Positions 59,296-64,000 of a DNA stretch of 64,000 nucleotides are shown piece by piece. Source of the stretch: Caulobacteraceae bacterium (lineage in GTDB: Bacteria > Pseudomonadota > Alphaproteobacteria > Caulobacterales > Caulobacteraceae); NCBI GenBank assembly GCA_050729515.1, contig JBOHLG010000002.1, positions 124,352 to 188,351 on the forward strand, read 5' to 3'. Position 1 is the stretch's first letter; each line of letters opens with the position of its first letter. Position numbers and translations under genes: made by a program. Under the pieces are notes generated by a model that was given only the letters and a program-made list of their open reading frames with translations, was not told the DNA's origin and did no database searches.

Positions 59296-61941
59296 TCACC
59301 TCGGCCGGGGCCGATGCTTGCTTTCCGCTTCTTCCGGCGGCGGCCCCATCAGGGCGGGTTGGAAGATGAGCGCCGAGACCAGGGTCCAGATGAGCGAGAT
59401 CATCAGCAGCCGTCCCATCGAGGCGGTGCCGGGATGAGAGGAGACCCACAGGCTGCCAAAGCCTGTGGCGGTGGCGAGCGCCGAGAAGAACACCGCCCGG
59501 GTCAGGCTCGAATGGATGAGATGGGTCCCGCCTCGGCGCCAGGAGAGGACGAAATAGATGTGGAAGGCGACCCCGATGCCGACCAGGAGCGGCAGGGCGA
59601 TGATGTTGGCGAAGTTGAGGCTCTCGCCGATGACGACGCAGCTGCCCAGAGTGAGCAGGCCGGTGAGGATGATGGGCGTGATGGTGATCGCCACGTGACG
59701 CCAGTTCCGCAGCACCAGGAAGAGCAGCACGGTGACCGCGATGAGGGAGAGGATCCCGGCCTCGACGAAGGCGATCTCGACCGTGCGGCCGCCTTCGAAG
59801 GTGTCGATGGCCGGGCCGGTGGCGTGGGGAGCGAGGTGCTGCACGGCCAGGATGAAGCGGCGCAACACCCGGTTGTCATCGGAGTTTCCCTTTGGGACGA
59901 CGCTGACCCGCGCCTCGCCGTTGGGCGCGAACCAGTCGCGCTTCAGCTGAGGGGGGAGGCTCGCGAGACTCACCGGCTGCGCCGAAAGCGATGTGCGGAT
60001 CTCCGAAAGGAGGGTCGCAAACGGCGTGAGGATCGCTTGCTGGGCCGCTTGGCGTTCCGCCAGTGGGGCGGCGGCGAGGCGGGTGAGATCGCCGGCCAGC
60101 CGCCGGGCCTGCGCCGATCCGGCCCCGCCCTTGGCGGCGGCCCCCTCCAGGGCGGTGGCGGCCGCCGCGAGGCTGGCGCGGGTCTCCTGATCGGTCGGCG
60201 GCGGAGCGATGGCGATGGGGTTGAGGGTCAGGTCGAGGAGCTGGCCTGCGCCGCCGATCGCGGCGAGCTTGGGGCCTTGGTCGGCGGGAACGAAGTCCGC
60301 GACGGTGCGCGCCTGGTCGACTTCGGGAAGTCGCTCCAGACGCGAGGCCATGGCCTGGGCGTCGGCGAGGTTCGGCTCGGCGATCTCGGCGGTGTCGGGC
60401 GACTGGTTCGGCGCGGCCATCAAGGCGCGCATGGTCGCCACCGGCTCGGCCTTGGGGTTCTGCAGATGAAGCGGGTTGAAGTCGAAATGGAGCAGCGGAA
60501 GAAGGCCGACGCACACCGCCGCCGCCACCGCGGCGAGGGCCAACACCTCGCGCCGGTAGCCCATGACCACCCGGTCGAGATTCTGAAGGATGTGGCCCGG
60601 GCCCATGCGGCCGCGCACCGGCGGCTTCAAAACCGTGATGAAAGCCGGCAGGAGGGTGAGGTTGAGAATGAGGGCGATGAACATGCCCACCCCTGCGATG
60701 ATGCCGAGCTGGGAAACCCCAACGTAATCGGTCGGCGCGAAGGCGAAGAAGCCCACCGCGATTGCGGTGGCGGCCAGCGAGATCGACCGGCCCATGCCCC
60801 GCCCGGCCTCGGTGAGGGCGGCAAGATCGCTTTGCGCCTCCCGTCGACAGGCCAGATAGCGAACGCTGATCTGGATTCCGAAGTCGATTCCGAGCCCCAC
60901 GAAAAGCGGGATGAAGGCGACGGAGATGACGTTGAATTTGCCGAAGATGACCAGGCCCAGCGCCGCCGCGCAAGAAAGGCCGATCAGCATGGTGAGGAGA
61001 ATCGCCCAGATCAGCCTGGCGGTGCGCGTGGCCAGCCACAGCATGATGATGATGGCCAGGAGAGCGAGCACCGCGATGAGGCCGACGCCGTGGCCGAGGC
61101 TAGAGAGCTCGGCATCGGCGAGCGGGGCCGCGCCGGTGAGCCTCACGCTCACTCCGTTTTGGGCGGTGAGCCCAAGCCGCCGCGCCTCGGCGTGGATGAA
61201 TTTCGTTGCAACCCGCGCCGGGCTCAGGCTCGCGTAATTGAGCTTGGGCGTCGCCATCACGATTCGGCGAAGCTCGGCGGGCGGGGATGGCCCTGAAATG
61301 AGATTGCGCCAGGAGAACAGCCCCACCTTGCCGGATAGCGACTGCTCGATTGTCGTGGAGAGCGCGTTCATGGGTCCGGCGAGGTCGGAAAGGCTCGCCT
61401 GCCCGGTCTGAACGCCTTGCAGGACGGTGGAGAGCGCGGCCATGACGCCGCGAAGGCTGGGATCGGCCGCGACCGGGCCGATCAGCGGCTGGGCCGCAAC
61501 GAGGCGGTTCACTTCGCCCTGGACCTGCGGCAGAGGCTCGAAAAGCAGGCCTTCGCGCTCGAAGAAGGGTCCCCCGCCCGGCTCGCTGACGCCCGCGAAC
61601 AGGTTCGCCTTGACGCGAAGGGCGCCGGTAATCTCGCGCTCCGCCCGGTCGGCGAGCTCGGGAGTCTTGGCGTCGATCACCACCGCCACCTGATCGCCCT
61701 CGGGCTGAAAGAGGCGATTGAAGGCGCTCTCGCGCACCCGCCAGGGCAGTGACTTGGCGATGAGCGCGTCGGTATTGGTGTCCATTGAGAAGTGGGTGAG
61801 GGTGAATCCCAGGGCCCAAAGTCCGATCGCGATTCCGAGCAGCGAGATCAGACGCGCGTTCTCGCAGCAGAAGCGGGCGATGCTTCCGATGAGGACCGAC
61901 TCGAAGCCCGGATGGAGCTCCTCCTCCTCGTGCTCGATCAC
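59296..61941 (-). CDS. MMPL/RND-superfamily transporter, HpnN-like (hopanoid-associated)
   Basis: It is 881 aa, starts at GTG and has two 6-TM bundles. The overall pattern and length fit the hopanoid-associated RND transporter family as I remember it. The MMPL call is firm; the HpnN subfamily call is tentative. Confidence 0.75.
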   Translation of the reverse strand: MIEHEEEELHPGFESVLIGSIARFCCENARLISLLGIAIGLWALGFTLTHFSMDTNTDALIAKSLPWRVRESAFNRLFQPEGDQVAVVIDAKTPELADRAEREITGALRVKANLFAGVSEPGGGPFFEREGLLFEPLPQVQGEVNRLVAAQPLIGPVAADPSLRGVMAALSTVLQGVQTGQASLSDLAGPMNALSTTIEQSLSGKVGLFSWRNLISGPSPPAELRRIVMATPKLNYASLSPARVATKFIHAEARRLGLTAQNGVSVRLTGAAPLADAELSSLGHGVGLIAVLALLAIIIMLWLATRTARLIWAILLTMLIGLSCAAALGLVIFGKFNVISVAFIPLFVGLGIDFGIQISVRYLACRREAQSDLAALTEAGRGMGRSISLAATAIAVGFFAFAPTDYVGVSQLGIIAGVGMFIALILNLTLLPAFITVLKPPVRGRMGPGHILQNLDRVVMGYRREVLALAAVAAAVCVGLLPLLHFDFNPLHLQNPKAEPVATMRALMAAPNQSPDTAEIAEPNLADAQAMASRLERLPEVDQARTVADFVPADQGPKLAAIGGAGQLLDLTLNPIAIAPPPTDQETRASLAAAATALEGAAAKGGAGSAQARRLAGDLTRLAAAPLAERQAAQQAILTPFATLLSEIRTSLSAQPVSLASLPPQLKRDWFAPNGEARVSVVPKGNSDDNRVLRRFILAVQHLAPHATGPAIDTFEGGRTVEIAFVEAGILSLIAVTVLLFLVLRNWRHVAITITPIILTGLLTLGSCVVIGESLNFANIIALPLLVGIGVAFHIYFVLSWRRGGTHLIHSSLTRAVFFSALATATGFGSLWVSSHPGTASMGRLLMISLIWTLVSALIFQPALMGPPPEEAESKHRPRPR

Positions 61942-62110
61942 CGGTTCTATGGTCGCCTCACAAGCCTGGCGGGTGAGTCAGGGTCGGACTTCCTTTTCGG
62001 AGCCTCTATCATGGCGCCGGAACAAGGGCGCACCCCGCGGCGATGATCGCTTTGATGGGCTGACAGTGAAGATCCTCCTGCATGGGTGGCCGAATCCTCT
62101 TCGCCGGATA

Positions 62111-63076
62111 ATGCACAGCGCGCTAAAGAGACGCGTCTTGCCGCGTTCCGGACCCGTCCTCGTCGCGTTGGTTCTCACCGCGCTCGCCGCTGGGCCGGCG
62201 TACGGCCATGCCAAGGGCGACCCATTCGAGAAGGCCAACCGGGCGATGTTCAGGTTGGACCTCGCTCTGGACAAGTTGATCTTCCATCCGCTCGCCAAGA
62301 TTTACCGGGCTCTGACCCCTGGTCCAATCGGCAAGGGCATCCACAATGTCCTCACGAACGTTGGCGAGCCGCTCGTCTTCGCAAATTTCGTCCTGCAAGC
62401 GAGGCCCAAGCGAGCCATCGCCGCCGCAGTGAGGCTCGGCTTCAACACCACGCTGGGTCTGGGCGGCCTCATTGATGTGGTCGCCAAGCACGACCCGCAC
62501 GTCAACAACGGCTTCGCCGACACCCTCGGGCGCTGGGGCGTAGGCCCCGGGCCCTATCTCGTCCTGCCGTTCCTCGGGCCCTCGAGCGCGCGAGATATCC
62601 TCGGCTCCGGCGTCGATGCGGTGACCGATCCCCTGCACATGATCAACTATCCCTACCGCGACCAGGTCAATCTCGCGCGCACCGGGGTGGGGGCGCTCGA
62701 CGCGCGGGCGGAGGCCGGCGACGAGCTCGAAGACCTCATCTCGCAGTCCGCCGATCCCTACGCCTCGCTACGCTCCTCCTATCTCCAGGAGCGGGCGGGC
62801 GAAATCCACGGCCTGGCGGTCCCCGCGAGACTCCCATCGCTCGAGGAGGGCGAGCCACAGGAAATCCCCCAGACCCTCCCGCCGATCGACGAAAGTCCCG
62901 TTCCCTCATCGTCGCCGGCGAGCGAGGCGCCCCCTTCCGCCCCCGATCCCCGGCCCGCCGGCCCTGGCGAGAGCCCGCCAAGCGCCAGCCCTGAAGAGCG
63001 CATGGGCTGGGACCAGGCTCCTACTCGACCCGTGCGCGAGGGCGCGGTCGGCACAAACGCAGGGGAGGGGTTCTAG
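62111..63076 (+). CDS. MlaA/VacJ-family lipoprotein with a Pro-rich C-terminal tail
   Basis: I trimmed the start to ATG 62111. DPFEKANRAMFRLDLALDKLIFHPLAKIY...GNNGFADTLGRWGVGPGPYLVLPFLGPSSARD is the VacJ signature. Confidence 0.85.
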   Translation: MHSALKRRVLPRSGPVLVALVLTALAAGPAYGHAKGDPFEKANRAMFRLDLALDKLIFHPLAKIYRALTPGPIGKGIHNVLTNVGEPLVFANFVLQARPKRAIAAAVRLGFNTTLGLGGLIDVVAKHDPHVNNGFADTLGRWGVGPGPYLVLPFLGPSSARDILGSGVDAVTDPLHMINYPYRDQVNLARTGVGALDARAEAGDELEDLISQSADPYASLRSSYLQERAGEIHGLAVPARLPSLEEGEPQEIPQTLPPIDESPVPSSSPASEAPPSAPDPRPAGPGESPPSASPEERMGWDQAPTRPVREGAVGTNAGEGF

Positions 63077-64000
63077 GCCTGCGAGCTCGTCGCTCGCTCG
63101 GAGCGTCCGGCGCGGATGAGGCGGCGGCCCTCGAACGTTTGCCAGACGGCCAAGGCGGGCAGTCCGACGATGAAGTCCTTGGCCCGTTTCATGAGCGAGA
63201 CTGCCACGGCCATGTCGGCCGGCAGTCCGAAAAGAGGGCCGATGACCGCATAGGTCGCCTCCTGGATGCCCGCCGCCATGGGGGTGAAGAACGCCGCGCT
63301 CCTCACCGCGCAGATCAGGGCCTCGATGGCCAGCATTCGCCCCAGGCTGATCGGCCAGCCGGCCACCGCCAGGGCGGCCCAGGCGCCGGCGGCGCTTGCG
63401 ATCCAGGCGCACAGATGGATGAAGGCGGCCGCGGCGAGCCGCAGCGGCGGCTCGTAGAGGGCGTTCACCGCCGAACTGAAGTCGCCGACGTCGGCGGCGG
63501 CGGACGGCGCGATGCGGCGGGTGAGGCGGGCCAGGATGGGCATGCCGCTCTTCTGGAAGACGATGAAGAAGGCGGTCGCCGCCGAGGTCAGGATGAGGCC
63601 CACGACGCCGGCCTCGATGACCGGGCTGTGAGGCGCCTCCGCGCCCAGCCTGGAAGCCAGCATGGTGAGGCCGATGGCGGTAAAGCCGAGCTGGGCGATG
63701 AGTTCATTGGTGACGTCCACGACCGTGGTCGAGGAGGCGGTTTCCGAGGAGAGGCCCTGGAGCACGACGGCCCGCGCTCCGGCCGCAAAGCCGCCGATCT
63801 GAGTGAAAGGCAGAAGCTCGCCCACCGAATCGCGGATCACCCGCGCGGCGACAAAGATGCGCAGATCGCGCATCGGCTGGCCGGGAAGGAGGAGGAACCA
63901 GGCGAAGCCGAGGAGGCCCCACGGCAGGACCGACCAGATGACCAGGGTCGCCAGACCCTGCCAGCCGATCCGCTCCAGGGCGCCGAAGACGCGTCCGAAC
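63073..64000 (-). CDS. Lysylphosphatidylglycerol-synthase-TM-region/flippase-like membrane protein (HpnL-like); the N-terminus lies beyond the right edge
   Basis: The frame stays open to position 64000, and the M at 63873 in the track is internal. It is polytopic and Ala/Gly-rich, with the pattern ...FTQIGGFAAGARA...FFTPMAAGIQE.... The family call is from memory and from its position next to the HpnN-like gene. Confidence 0.55.
   Translation of the reverse strand, partial: FGRVFGALERIGWQGLATLVIWSVLPWGLLGFAWFLLLPGQPMRDLRIFVAARVIRDSVGELLPFTQIGGFAAGARAVVLQGLSSETASSTTVVDVTNELIAQLGFTAIGLTMLASRLGAEAPHSPVIEAGVVGLILTSAATAFFIVFQKSGMPILARLTRRIAPSAAADVGDFSSAVNALYEPPLRLAAAAFIHLCAWIASAAGAWAALAVAGWPISLGRMLAIEALICAVRSAAFFTPMAAGIQEATYAVIGPLFGLPADMAVAVSLMKRAKDFIVGLPALAVWQTFEGRRLIRAGRSERATSSQA

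Overview
This is a 64-kb, high-GC chromosomal segment. The gene content looks alphaproteobacterial, possibly Hyphomicrobiales-like (HpnN-like MMPL transporter, PEP-CTERM proteins, cyoABCD, Mla/MCE operon); the taxon is an inference. I can support about 55 protein-coding genes. I saw no rRNA, tRNA or CRISPR array.

Positions 7.1-64 kb are mostly ordinary transport, redox and envelope genes:
- a TetR-controlled LLM oxidoreductase and a TonB-dependent receptor;
- an ABC pair with no binding protein;
- uppP, an NRAMP transporter, an APC permease and a DUF969/DUF979/DUF2891 cluster;
- two tandem MFS paralogues, a ClC exchanger and folD;
- a DUF47-PiT pair flanked by CTAG-ended hairpin repeats;
- an MlaFED-like operon and two tandem PEP-CTERM paralogues;
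- cyoABCD, and a TPP-enzyme/membrane-protein/GMC-dehydrogenase operon;
- an HpnN-like/MlaA/HpnL-like envelope cluster.

A small decayed islet at 23.5-25.7 kb carries transposase-like and integrase-like remnants and iteron-like repeats.

The most unusual part is the lower-GC island at 1-6.7 kb. It holds a same-strand, tightly coupled cassette that runs off the left edge of the window:
- a 1379-aa type IIG/IIL-like nuclease-methyltransferase fusion;
- a single-HKD (PLD-family) nuclease with a beta-rich C-terminal domain;
- a STAS-like (DUF4325-type) plus winged-helix protein;
- a 115-aa unknown protein;
- a Cys-rich partial ORF.

This combination matches no named defence system I can recall.

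Caveats: many long ORFs in the supplied track are antisense GC artefacts, and several real genes start well inside the listed ORF, so I re-derived those starts by hand. No database search was possible. All family calls rest on motifs I recognise in the translations.
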